Shown here one piece after another: positions 25,501-37,737 of a stretch of 64,000 bases of DNA (position 1 is the first letter of the stretch; each line of letters begins with the position of its first letter). This stretch comes from Octopus sinensis (Eukaryota). The position numbers and the translations under genes are program-made. The DNA lies in the NCBI RefSeq assembly GCF_006345805.1, contig NC_043010.1:17298001-17362000 (forward strand), in the 5' to 3' direction. The notes beneath the pieces are model-generated. The model saw nothing but the letters and a program-made list of their open reading frames with translations, ran no database searches and was not told the DNA's origin.

Positions 25501-26461
25501 GACTGACTACGTCCCAGGTAAGGGCCAATGTTCATATTAATCTGTCAAATGTAATGCTTATTTGTTCATGTTAATTTGAATTATACACGTTCAAGAGGCG
25601 TGTCCACAATATTTGTTTGTAACTTTGTAAATTTTTTTACATAGATTTGAAATTTTGTCAGTGGGTGCTTTATATACCACTGGTTTATAGTTATGTAACT
25701 TTAGCTGATCATGCTGAGTAAATTTGACTTTTATGGGCAGGTAAATTTAATTAACAGGTGTAAAAGCAATAACATTATGGATAAACACTAAAATTAGATT
25801 TCTTAATGCATCTTACCGGTTTGATTTGTAACTAAAATTATCCCAGGTGATAACTGACAAAAATTTTGCCACTTTTGAAGATGAGGTACATTAATTTGAA
25901 TTAATTAAAATACAGGAATAATCAGTACAAGATTTTATTCTTTCGGTAAATATTTTGTACCTCGGTGTGGAATAATTTTTTTCCAGAGTTCTTTTTGCAG
26001 GTGCATTCAACGTATCTGATCTCCAAACACATTGCAAGCCACTTTTTTTTCCAAAAAAGAAAGATGGGAGGGATGGTGGGGACCTCAAAGTTTCCCACCA
26101 AAGGGCTTTTGTTTCACGCTTTCAAAGAATGTGACATCGAAATCACGCGTAAACAGCTCCTTTATCCAGAAAAGGAAAGATTTAGCTGCTATTTCTAGCA
26201 TGCCCTGCTACCACGTAACGGCTATTTGTGTTTACACAGAAATATTTACCAACTTTCTTCCTTCCATTTATTTTTTCCACTTTATGGAAGTCAATATTTT
26301 CTCTGTTGACATCCAGCTCAGTTAATTTTGCTTCTTTTTGCCAGTTCTGTGTTTTCTGAAAGAAAATCCCTCACATTATCTCAAAGCTACAAGAATTCAC
26401 TAATGTGATTTGTTTATTTCTTTAAAATATTCCATAGAAGTAATTTTACCATTACCCTTAG

Positions 26462-26810
26462 AGGTAAAATTACAGATTAACACCCGCACGATTTTCACTA
26501 AGAAAAAAAAAAAAAACCCGGATTTTTTTGCGTGAAATCAAGTACCCTGACCTCGTAATATGCTGGAAATCCCATATTTTGGTTCGGGATTGGTCCGGAG
26601 GGGAACCCCCCCCCCGGACTTTTCACACACAAAAAAAAAAACTGATTTTTGGCGTGGAATCAAGTACTGTGGCCTCGTAATATGCTGTAAATCCCATATT
26701 TGGGTTCGGATTTACAGCATATTACGAGGTCACAGTACTTGATTCCACGCCAAAAATCAGTTTTTTTTTTTTTTTGAAAATCGTGCGGGTGTTAATCTGT
26801 AATTTTACCT
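26462..26810. mobile_element. Foldback MITE with a duplicated left arm
   Basis: 36-bp TIR AGGTAAAATTACAGATTAACACCCGCACGATTTTCA; inner 54-bp arms at 26641-26694 and 26708-26761 with one mismatch. Confidence 0.8.
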
Positions 26811-27194
26811 TGAGGGCTTTAGAAACCAAAAACTATAGTTTGTTTTTTGTTTAGAGTTAAAAAATGTGCAGACTGAATCTTTCCCCTCAACTTCTTCACG
26901 ACTTTTTTCCGCAACGCTAACCCGAAAACCTTAAGAGTAAGTACAGAAATGTTTTGAAATTTTTATCCGAATCTTGATGGGTGGTTTGGGCGGATGTCTT
27001 GCCAATTCTTTTTTGTTGAAAAATTGAAATTTTACAAATTTTGGAAAGACTCCGACCGTCCCCTCCCATTTGTGTCGAAAAAAATATTTTTTTTAAGGAT
27101 GGTTTTGGCGGGACGGGCAGAAGTCTTGCCCCCAGCCCCTCCCACTTTATTTAATTTTTTTTAACAAAAACCCACGTTTTCGTAAAAATGAAAA

Positions 27195-27525
27195 ATTTAT
27201 GAGTTTAGCACGTGCATACATCGTAACTCTGCCAACGTACCTCTCTTTTACTTGTTTCAGTCATTTAACTGCGGCCATGCTGGAGCACCACCTTCAGTGG
27301 AGCAAATCAACGCCAGAACTTATTCTTTTTAAGTCTAGTACTTATTCTATCGCTCTCTATTACCGAACCGCTAACACACCAGCATCGGTTGTCAAACGAT
27401 GTTGGGGGGACAAACACACACACAAGGCACTGGTTGGCCCGAGGCTATAGTAGAAGACGCTTGTCGAAGGTGTCACGCAGGGGGAGTGAACCTGGAACCA
27501 TGTGGTTGGTAAGCAAGCTCCTGCG
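27195..27525 (-). mobile_element. SINE family 1 copy (internally deleted)
   Basis: CTCTTTTACTTGTTTCAGTCATTT tail and GAACCATGTGGTTGGTAAGCAAGCT head on the minus strand. Confidence 0.75.
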
Positions 27526-27975
27526 CTTGTAAGATTTCATTTTTTTAATATAATTGAGGAAACAAAGTTCGTGGGACACCAAACTGTAATTATAACCAAA
27601 TATGTCTTTTAGAAAAGTTAACGTTTAATATTCTTCGTAGTATTTCGTCGTAGTTAAATGGCGAAATAGCGTGCGCCAACAAGTTATAAACATTTATTGG
27701 AAGGACTCAATGATTTTAAGAAAAATAGATTTCAATGATTCGGGGACACAAAACTTAACATTTATTTATATTAATAATAATAATAACAACATGCTAATTA
27801 ATTAACGGAAAGCATTTTTCACAGGTACAGTAAAGTCTTTTAGAGTATTTGTAAAATATATCCTTGTAATTATTTAAAGTTTACAAAGAAAGTATAAAAT
27901 TGCTCTAGTAATTATACGGGAAGAGCGACATTCACAAAAATTAGCAGAAAACCAAATTATTAAATAATAATTTAC

Positions 27976-28170
27976 CTTCAAAGTTGAGTAATATACGTTT
28001 GTCTATCCAATGTCTTCGTAAACAAAAACAACGTCGTCAATGAATGAAGCACGTGGAATGAACTCGCCATGGCCACGTGCTTATATTAATATATATACAC
28101 CGCCGGTGAACTTTAACTTAATGCCTACGTCTTCGTTTAGTCCGATCCATTCCTGAAAAGGCAAACCCAG
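27976..28170 (-). promoter_or_regulatory. Inferred non-coding exon 1 / TSS region of ZNF gene B
   Basis: Donor AAG|GTAAAT (intron starts 27975) in a locally CpG-rich segment containing CGCCATGG and CACGTG. Inference only. Confidence 0.45.
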
Positions 28171-28257
28171 AGACGCGGTTTAATTCTTTAAAAATGAAAA
28201 TAAAAATATATATTATGGATATTATTTTATTTAATGAATTTTTTTCGGATCCATCCC

Positions 28258-29364
28258 GGATCTTTTCGGTTTGAACGGCAGTTTTTAACATAATTTCTAT
28301 GTAACTAAAAAATTTAAAACTTCGTATACTGGTAGAATGTGTTTATAAAACATCTTGGATCTTCGCTTTAATGATAAAATTCTATAGTTTGTAAGATATT
28401 TCGTCTTTAATTTCGAGCATTTCGGCAATTTTAACCAATCACTGACGTCCATTTAGGTAAGTAACATTCTGTGCATAATGAATGTCCCTCGTTTAAGAAA
28501 CAGATTGGGTTTATTTACATTTGTGAAGAAAAGAGATACCCTTCCCCCACCCCTAACCCTAAATCTAAAATAGATTGAAATGCAATAGATCGATACTAGG
28601 GCCATAATTATGGGTGACATTTTCATTTGACACCGCTAGAAAAAAATCCCATTTTCCGTAGCGGTGTCGTATGAAATTGTCACCTATAATTATGACCCTA
28701 GTATCGATCTATTGCATTTCAATCTATTTTAGATTTAGGGTTAGGGGTGGGGAAAGGGTATCTCTTTTCTTCACAAATGTAAATAAACCCAATCTGTTTC
28801 TTAAAGGAGGGACATATTCATTATGCACAGAATGTTATTTACCTAAATGGACGTCAGTGATTGGTTAAAATTGCCGAAATGCTCGAAATTAAAGACGAAA
28901 TATCTTACAACATATAGAATTTTCTCAATAAAGCCAAGAGAAAATGATGTTTTATAAACATATTCTACCAGTATACGAAGTTTAAAACTTTTTAGTTACC
29001 TAGAAATTATGTTACAAACTGCCGTTCAAAAGGAAAAGATCCAACATCTTTTTCTCTTGGCTTTATTGAGAAAATTCTATGGTTTGTAAGATATTTGTTG
29101 TTTTTTTTCTTCAATTTCTGCAATTTCAACCAATCACTGACGTCCATTGAGGTAAAAAAAAACATTCTGTGCCGTATGAATATGTCCCTCATTTAAGAAA
29201 CAGATTGGGTTTATTTACATTTGTGAAGAAAAAAGATACCCTTCCCCCCACCCCTAACCCTAAAACAGATTGAAATGCAATAGATCAATACTAGGGTCAT
29301 AATTATGGGTGACAATTTAATATGACACCGCTAGAAAAAACTGCCGTTCAAACTGAAAAGATCC
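28258..29364. mobile_element. Composite of three MITE family 1 copies in alternating orientation
   Basis: Reverse copy 28258-~28646, forward copy 28659-29042, partial reverse copy ~29046-29364; outer ends are TIRs. Confidence 0.9.
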
Positions 29365-29750
29365 AATTTTTTTCTCATAGGCGGAACTTGTAGAGGCTGA
29401 GTTGATAAAAAAAGTCGAACTTTGAACTTGAGCAATTCAAGGTTCATATTGCTATCAACCTCACTGTCGTATAATTGTTCCGTTTATTTGTATAATTGAT
29501 GAAAATTTTCTTAATTTACAAGGTTGAGTTAAAATCTTTCCCTGGCGGTCCTTTTCTACGAAGCATATTTTGGCTGGACGGTTAACTTGCCTCAAGAAAA
29601 CTTGTAGTTCTGATCGTGTCAAGTCTTATGCGGTCTTTCTATTATTATAAGAGAAAACGGTTTTATTTCACTATTTCAATTGAAGCAATATATAAATTCA
29701 ACACAAGTGTATCACTGTACCATCATATATATATATATATACATATATTC

Positions 29751-29940
29751 GTACTACTTGAGAACAGTGGTCCCGGTGCGCACACTCACGTAGTCGCGCA
29801 TCCGTGCTAGCTAATCGTGAGTAGTCGATCCTATAACGACTACCTAGCAAAGTAAATAAAACACAGAAACAGTAAGGATCGACTAGTCATGACTAGCTAG
29901 CGCGGATGCGTGCACCGGGACCATTGTTCTCAAGCAGTAC
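29751..29940 (-). mobile_element. Internally deleted MITE family 2 copy
   Basis: GTACTACTTGAGAACAGTGGTCCCGGTGCG...CGTGCACCGGGACCATTGTTCTCAAGCAGTAC, embedded in (TA)n. Confidence 0.85.
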
Positions 29941-29941
29941 T

Positions 29942-29946
29942 TATAT

Positions 29947-30004
<58 letters not shown>
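29942..30004. repeat. (TA)n microsatellite
   Basis: Direct reading. Confidence 0.95.
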
Positions 30005-30007
<3 letters not shown>

Positions 30008-30297
30008 AATGTAGGATAACATTTAAAAAAAAAAAATTTTATCAATGGTCAGCATATTAAAAAATACCTAATAGCTCTTTTGTCTTAATAATGGTCAATC
30101 ACATAGTAATTCCTTTGTTTAACGGTCATTTTCATAACATTTGATGGCTCGATAACTGAAGAGATGCCAGTGCAGGTTTTTGCCCCAACATCTGAAATTC
30201 GGAGCTTTATCATGGCTACCGAATAATTGTCACATATATTTACAGTTATATATACATATATATATATATATATTATATATATATATATATATATATC

Positions 30298-31977
30298 ATC
30301 ATCATCATCATCGTTTAGCGTCCGTTTTCCATGCTAGCATGGGTTGGACGGTTCTACTGGGGTCTGTGAAGCCAGAAGGCTTCATCAGGCCCAGTCAAAT
30401 CTGGCAGTGTTTCTACGGCTGATGCCCTTCCTAACGCCAACCACTCCGAGAGTGTAGTGGGTGCTTTTTACGTGCCACCCGCACAGGTGCCAGACAGAGC
30501 TGGCAAACAGCCACAAACGGATGGTGCTTTTTATGTGCCACCAGCACGAGGGCCAGGCGAGGCTGGCAACGGACACGAAACGGGGCGGTGCTGGCAACGG
30601 TCGCGAAACGGAAGGTTCTCTTACATGCCACCGGCACTGGTAACACATCTGTAATTTCCATTGATCGATTTCGATTCTGATCCTCACTTGCCTCAACGGG
30701 TCTTCACAAGTAGAGTTTCGACATGCCACCGGCACTAGTAACACATCTGCAATTTCCATTGATCGATTTCGATTCTGATCCTCACTTGCCTCAACAGGTC
30801 TTCACAAGTAGAGTTTTGTGTCCCAAGAAGGGAAGGTATGCATACGTAGGCTGGCTCCATCCCATGTAGAAGGCCACGGGTTATGGACTCACTTGTCCTG
30901 CCGGGTCTTCTCGTGCACAGCTCACTTCCAGAGGACTCGGTCTCTAGTCATTTCCTCAGTGAGACCTAAAGTTCGAAGGTCGTGCTTCACCACCTCGTCC
31001 CAGGTTTTCCTGGGTCTGCTTCTTCCACAGGTTCCCTCAACCGCTAGGGTGTGGCACTTTTTCACACAACTATCTTCATCCATTCTCGCCACATGACCAT
31101 ACCAGCGCAAACGTCTCTCTTGCACACCACAACTGATGCTTCTTAGGTCCAGCTTTTCTCTCAAGGTACTTACACTCTGCTGAGTATGAGTACTGACATT
31201 ACACATCCATCGGAGCATACTGGCTTCATTTCTTGCGAGCGTACGCATATCCTCAGCAGTCACAGCCCATGCTTCACTGCCATGTAGCATGGCTGTTCGT
31301 ACACACGCATCATACAGTCTGCCTTTCACTCTGTGCGAGAGGCCTTTTGTCACCAGCAGAGGTAAGAGCTCTCTGAACTTTGCCCAAGCTATTCTTACTC
31401 TAGCAGTTACACTTTCAGCACACCCGCCCCCGCTGCTGACTTGGTCACCTAGGTAACGGAAACTATCAACTATTTCTAGTTTTTCTCCCTGGAAAGTGAC
31501 GGAAGTTGGTCTCAGAGCATTTTCAGTGTTTATTGTTCCTGAGCATCTGCCACATACAAAAACCATCTTCCTAGTTAGCCTTCCTTTGACATTGCTGCAC
31601 CTCTTATGTGTCCATAGCTTACACTTGGTGCATCTTATAGAGTTTCTACCTACACCTTTTCTACAGATCGAGCAGCGCCATCTACCTGAAGGCGTTTGTG
31701 ATTTGTCTACCTTCCTACTGATTACGACTTTGGTTTTAGCTAGATTGACTTTGAGGCCCTTCGATTCTAATCCTTGTTTCCACACCTGAAACTTCTCCTC
31801 CAGTTCTGATGGCGACTCAGCAATTAGAGCAAGGTCATCAGCATAGAGGAGCTCCCAAGGGCATCCTGTCTTGAATTCCTCCGTTATTGCCTGGAGGACT
31901 ATGATAAATAGGAGGGGGCTGAGCACTGAGCCTTGGTGGACCCCAACCTCTACCCGGAATTCTTCACTGTACTCGTA
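30298..31977 (-). mobile_element. Relatively young 5'-truncated RTE-clade LINE (RT with PHD-like insert, long 3' UTR, (ATG)n tail)
   Basis: Begins at EYSEEFRVEVGVHQGSVLSPLLF; contains LLYADDL, SFRYLG and LRWYGHV; 334-aa open frame at 30922-31926; ~100-bp duplication in the UTR at ~30620-30820; (CAT)n at ~30298. Confidence 0.92.
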
Positions 31978-32104
31978 TTAATAATATAAGTGTAAGTAGT
32001 TATTAATTTAAAAAGCCAACAATTATTTCCGGGTAGATTTCGGTATGGAAATATAACCATTATTGGTAGGAACTTTTCAAAAAAGTTTTATATATATATA
32101 TAAT

Positions 32105-32220
32105 AAAAGGGCAAGCAACAGGTTGCTTAGCTACATACAGAAAAATTAGAAATAAGCAGTTTTTGATTGCTATTTCTAATTTTTCGGTATGTGGCTAAGC
32201 AACCTGTTGCTTGCCCTTTT
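32105..32220. repeat. 116-bp palindromic element flanked by (TA)n
   Basis: ~50-bp arms (32105-32153 / 32171-32220) with 2 differences. Confidence 0.85.
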
Positions 32221-33575
32221 GTTTATATATATATATATATATATATAGATAGATAGATATAGATCAAAGCAGTTTGATTCAGACTCCTTCGTACTCTGAC
32301 CCAAATGGCTGAAGACTACAACACACTTGAATCTCTGAGTACCAAGGAATTTGAATCAAACTGTTTTTCATCTATACATGTGTGGTGGCTTCATTTGGGC
32401 ACAAGTAGATTTGAACCTGAATCTGCCAATTTCCTTTAACTTTTTGGCAGCACTTTTCTAACAGTAAAACAATAGTGACAGCATTTACCATATGGCTTTG
32501 CCAAACCAATTTATGTCTTTGTCACTTGACCCTTTCTCTCACTGGATGCAGAACTTTTTTTGTTGATCCTACAAATAATGGCAAAATAAACTCTATATAT
32601 GTGTGTATTAGGGTGGAGCGAAAAAGATCCTTTTTACACAGATCTTCAAAATATGTTTTCAAGAATATTTTTATTGCGAAATCCTTTAAAAACAATTGTG
32701 TTAAAATCTGAAGTTCTTAAATTTACATCTTCAGGTTCTGCAGCCCATTCAGAATCAATTTATAACATGTTTGCCGTTCCTCATTTTATTTTTTACATTC
32801 TTTGTTATAAATTGATTTCGTTTTGCTAAATCCTTTAAAAACAAAAGTGTTAAAATCTGAAGCTCCAAAATTTATATGTTCAGGCTCCGAAAAGCACTTG
32901 AAATTATCTCTGTATATATAAACGGCATAATGTCTGTGTGTGTGTCCTTTATACAAATCCACAATTTTTCAGTTAGAGGACTCACACTTTCTATGGTCAT
33001 TCAAAACCGCCCAAGAGTGGTCGTGCACATCTTTACATTTCCCCAGTCACCCCGCAAAGCCATTAAAAAAATCAATAGAAGTGACTTTTTTGTGAATTTT
33101 CTATCCAAAACCCAATCAAAATGCCCGAAACTTGATACACCAATTGAATGCCAGCTAGCTATATGTGATTGGTTGGAGATTTGGACAGTACTCGCGTGTA
33201 TGTGCGCACGCACGCAGCTGTATATGCATGCACTAGCACTATGACCTGAATATATGTGTTACGTGAGGTCTAGATTATACGCACATTAAAATAAAATTAT
33301 GTGTAAACCAATTTTTGCTTCTTGACAGATTTTGGTGATAAAAATAATTAACATTTTCAATTAATTCAAAATAATTCCATGTAACCAAATAATCAGCCTC
33401 TGAATGTTCTGTTTCGATACCGCTTGATCCACTCACCAATGATCCTTTTTTCATTTGTCTGTTGATCCTGTTCCCTCTGGCACCTTTTTTGTCTCTACTG
33501 CAACTGCAGTTTTTAAAGGAGCTGCACTTGCAACAGGAAATGTCAAATAAATCTTTTGTTGCATTGTTTTTTTTA

Positions 33576-33794
33576 CCCTTTAGCGTTCAGATTATTCTAT
33601 CAAACATAATGCCTTTTGATTCTCTTTGATTTGAATTAATCATGCATTATCTCATATCTTCAAGATCTTGATGGTGTAATTACCTAATGTAGAATAACAT
33701 TGTAGGGTAGGTGTGACAGCCTGGATCTGATCAGTTTGAACATAAAACAGATTAACTATTTTGGCCGGATATGGCCGGTTTAATTACTAAAGGG
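33576..33794. mobile_element. piggyBac-type MITE
   Basis: (T)TTA|CCCTTTAGC...CTAAAGGG|TTAA. A decayed related copy lies at ~35535-35755. Confidence 0.65.
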
Positions 33795-34667
33795 TTAAAC
33801 ACATTACACATTGTTTGAAATGGTGACACATTTTTTTCTATTTTCCACATATTTTAGTAATGCTTGGTACTTTAGATAAAAGTTTAAGATTTTTGCTTTA
33901 ACTGACTCAATCGTAACACAAGGAATGGATGCCTTTTGCCAAGGAAGAATTATCTTTTCTGCTAGAATCTTGACAATTTGTTTAATTGAAGGATCTTTCT
34001 TAACTACATTCTTTTCTTTTTCTCATTAAAATAAAACACATTTTAGTACATCCTTGTAAGCTGGCAAAACTCACTAAGATCACACCGAGTACCAAATACT
34101 GGGCATTCAATATCATGATGCATTACTGCTTTGAGTCATCACTAAATGTAAACAACACTAAATTTAACACAATCATTGATATTAACAGAATGGTCTAAAA
34201 TCAAGGTACAAAGCAGATAACTTCACACATGTATAACATACGTCCACACGCAACAACCGTTGCAGCGGCACTGGAGAGAAGTTCACACACCCATTCTATT
34301 TATAGTCAATGAGGAACCTCAAGATATTTGTCAATTGTACTGAAACTTGGTATGCAACCTCCTAAGGAGACTATATTTACTGTTTTGCATTCTGCTATGT
34401 AGAAATATGTATTTGTTACGACTTGTAATCCTTGAAATCCAAAACTTGACCAAAAATAGCGATTTAAAAAATTTTTGTGTTGCAGAGCCTAAAAAAAAAA
34501 AAATAAATAACTGCAAAGTTCTTTGTGCACCTTTCTTTTAACCCTAATTCGCAACAAAATATTGATTCTTGGTTACCAATTTTGAAAGTTGCATTTTTCG
34601 CTCCCCCTCCCCAATGTGCATGTGTATTGTTCTCTCAACATCACATGACAATAGTTGTAAATGAATA

Positions 34668-34900
34668 CCTATTTCTTTACTACCCACAAGGGGCTAAACA
34701 CAGAGGGGATAAACAAGGACAGACACACGGATTAAGCTGATTACATCGACCCCAGTGCGTAACTGGTACTTATTTAATCGACCCCGAAAGGATGAAAGGC
34801 AAAGTCGACCTCAGCAGAATTTGAACTCAGAACGTAGTGGCAGACGAAATACCGCTAAGCATTTCACCCGGTGTGCTAACGTTTCTGCCAGCTCGCTGCC
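34668..34900 (-). mobile_element. SINE family 2 copy
   Basis: Near-identical to 15312-15530. Confidence 0.8.
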
Positions 34901-35076
34901 CTAGTTGTAAATGAATACCACCGTCTTACAAGTAACTCCCTGGCACAAATATCAGACACCAGAAGAGTTTCCAATTAAAAAAATTTTAAATATCTAATTT
35001 CAGATGGGTAAATGAAGCCAATTTTGAAAAATATTGAAATTAAAAAATTTAATTAGCAGACATGGATTAAAATATT

Positions 35077-35430
35077 CATCATCATCCTCAGTTAACATCC
35101 GCTTTCCATGCTGGCATGGGTTGGACGGTTTTACTGAGGGTTGTCTATCCAGAAGGCTGCATCAGGCTCCAGTCTGATCTCGCAAAGTTTCTACAGCTGG
35201 ATGCCCTTCCTAACGCCAACCATTCCGAGACCGTAGTGGGTACTTTTTATGTGCCACCGGCATGGGAGCCAGTCAGGTGGGACTGGCAATAACCATGCTT
35301 GAATGGTGCTTTTTACATACCAGTGACATGGGAGCCAGTCAGGTGGCACTGGCAAAAACCACACTTGAATGGTGTTTTCTACATGCCACCAGCACTGGCA
35401 TCGACCCTGCTTGAATGATGCCTTTTACAT
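35077..35430 (-). mobile_element. RTE 3'-UTR copy
   Basis: (CAT)n terminus, CTACAGCTGGATGCCCTTCCTAACGCCAACC, and TGCCAC repeat units. Confidence 0.75.
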
Positions 35431-35816
35431 GCTTTGAAAGAGGGAGAAGAAACAAATCTCCTTATCCAAACACCAATTATTTTTAACATATTTATGCATC
35501 ATCCGACACAGTTATGTCATAACCTGATGTTCTTGAACCTTTTAGCATTCAGATTTTTCTGTTAAATTCGATGCTTATTTATTCACATTGTTTTGAATTA
35601 ATCTTCCATTATCTCATAGCTTCAAGATTTTGATATGATTTAAAAAAATTGTCTGAATGACATTGTAGGGTTGGTGAGAGAGGTCAGATCTGGCCAGTTT
35701 GAGCATAAAACAGGTAGGATATTTGTATTGGACATGGTCAGTTTAAATGTTAAAAAGTAGAAGAAATTATTGAATTGATTGCTTTTCGTACAGGACAACA
35801 AATTGTTTTAATTTAA

Positions 35817-36037
35817 CCCTTTCGTTACCAACCCGGCTGAAACCGGCTCTGGCTCTGAGTATAAATGTCTTGTTTTCATAAGTTTTGAATTAAAATCTTC
35901 CAGCAAACTTTAGTCACAATTTATGCTCCTAACACTAGCTGAATGATAACTAAGTTATTTCACTAAATTCTTTCTTATATTTAAAATTAATTGAAAGAAA
36001 CACAGAGCATCTCAAAATAAATACAGTAACAAAAGGG
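35817..36037. mobile_element. piggyBac-type MITE
   Basis: TTAA|CCCTTTCGTTAC...GTAACAAAAGGG|TTAA. A 48-bp derivative lies at 36069-36116. Confidence 0.8.
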
Positions 36038-36831
36038 TTAAAATATATAATAGAGAAACAATTCTTAACCCTTTTGTTACCAAAAGCATCTCAAAATAAA
36101 TACAGTAACGAAAGGGTTCATGAAACAAACATATTTACTTCTGTTGTGATTTGAACCCAACTTGAATAATATAAAAAACCAAATTCAGTAAAGATTTGAT
36201 TTGGTATTTAACATTTCCACCACTCGTGATCAATTCACCAACAAGCTGAAATATATTTCTGGCTTCAAGAATTAAAAACACTCATTTTCTTGCCAGTTAG
36301 TAAAATGGTAACCCCCACCCCACACCACATGTAAAATATACAAGAAAAACAACATTTATCACCATATTTTCCCAGTAAACTCAATAAAATCATATAAAAA
36401 TCCAAATGAATTTATTAGTTTGTACCTTGTCTAGGATTTAATTAACTTTATTTTATACATAAATTAGTGACATTGATTAGAGAATCTGATAGATTTTAGT
36501 GGGGAAAAAACCCAATCAATACAAAACTGCCATTGTTAATATTTATATACACCTTAATACAATTGCTGTTCTCCCCTAATTTGTTTTATGTGTGTGTATG
36601 TTCATGCATACATGTGTTTGTACATATGTATATGTCTGTATGTATCATCATCGTTTAACATCCGTTTTCCATGCTAGTATGGGTTGGATGGTTCGACCGG
36701 GGTCTGGGAAGCCAGGAGGCTGCACCAGGCTCCAGTCTGATCTGGCAGTGTTTCTACAGCTGGATGCCTTTCCTAATGCCAACCACTCCGTGAGTGTAGT
36801 ATGTTTGTAAATATACACACACACACACACA

Positions 36832-37133
36832 TAGTGGAACCTTGGTTTCTGAATGCCTCTCATTATAAACAAATCAGTTTATGAAGAATTTTTCAAACGC
36901 AAAACATGACGGGTGATGAACACACAAACCCAGCATCAATGGCTGGTGACAAACTGGGAATGTCAGCAAGAGAGCATCAGCTGTTGCCAGGTTTTCACTC
37001 AGTGCACTTCCCGGCTCCAATTCCCCACACTTTCTCTGAATTTCCAAAGAGGAAAATAATTTCAGTTTACAAATATTCTGGGTGATGAACAGTCTTCAGG
37101 AACAAACTGAATTGGTAAACCAAGATTCCATTG
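36832..37133. mobile_element. Tigger/pogo-type MITE
   Basis: TIR (C)AGTGGAACCTTGGTTT / AAACCAAGATTCCATTG followed by TA. Confidence 0.7.
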
Positions 37134-37319
37134 TATGTATATGTGCATATACACACACGTTTTTATCATTATCTAAAATAAAATCCTTCATCTTTTAATA
37201 CTTCTTCTTATGGGTTGCTTTATCACAAGTCTTGCTTGGCTGACACATCTGAACACTTTCCATCATCAGCTCACAGCCTTTATTATTATTTTTTTGGGGC
37301 ATTCAACACCAATCCTCTA

Positions 37320-37725
37320 TCTTCATCATCATCATTTAACGTCTGCTTTCCATGCTAGCATGGGTTGGACGATTTGACTGAGGTCTGGCGAACCAGACTC
37401 CAGTCTGATCTGGCAGAGTTTCTACAGCTGGATGCCCTTCCTAACGCCAACCACTCTGAGAGTGTAGTGGTGCTTTTACGTGCCACTGGCACGAGGGCCA
37501 GTTTGGTGGTACTGGCAACGGCCACACCCAAATGGTGCTTTTTATGTGCCACCTGCACAGAAACCAGTCCAGCGGCATTGGCGATGACCTTGCTCGAATG
37601 TTTCACGTGCCACTAGCACAAGTGCTAGCAAGGCGACGCGGTAACGATCACGCTCGAGTGGTGTGTTTAACGTGCCATCGGCATGAAGGCCAGCTTGTTG
37701 CTCCGGCAACGATCTCACTCGTATG
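37320..37725 (-). mobile_element. RTE 3'-UTR copy with four diverged ~62-bp units
   Basis: Repeated GTGC(T)TTTTAYGTGCCACYRGCAC followed by ~37-bp variable segments. Confidence 0.8.
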
Positions 37726-37737
37726 GTACATTTAAAA

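Noticed and set aside
23580-27200. Unusual homopolymer-rich sequence
   Set aside because: The pattern is consistent with lower consensus quality or decayed DNA transposons; no structure could be supported.
32905-33245. Possible non-autonomous Helitron (TCTGTATATATAAA start)
   Set aside because: Single copy, with no clear 3' hairpin plus CTRR terminus; insufficient support.
37440-37725. CRISPR-like array (palindromic ~25-bp repeats with ~37-bp spacers), also at 25043-25290
   Set aside because: The spacers are homologous to each other, the array is part of a eukaryotic RTE 3' UTR present in many copies, and no cas genes are present.
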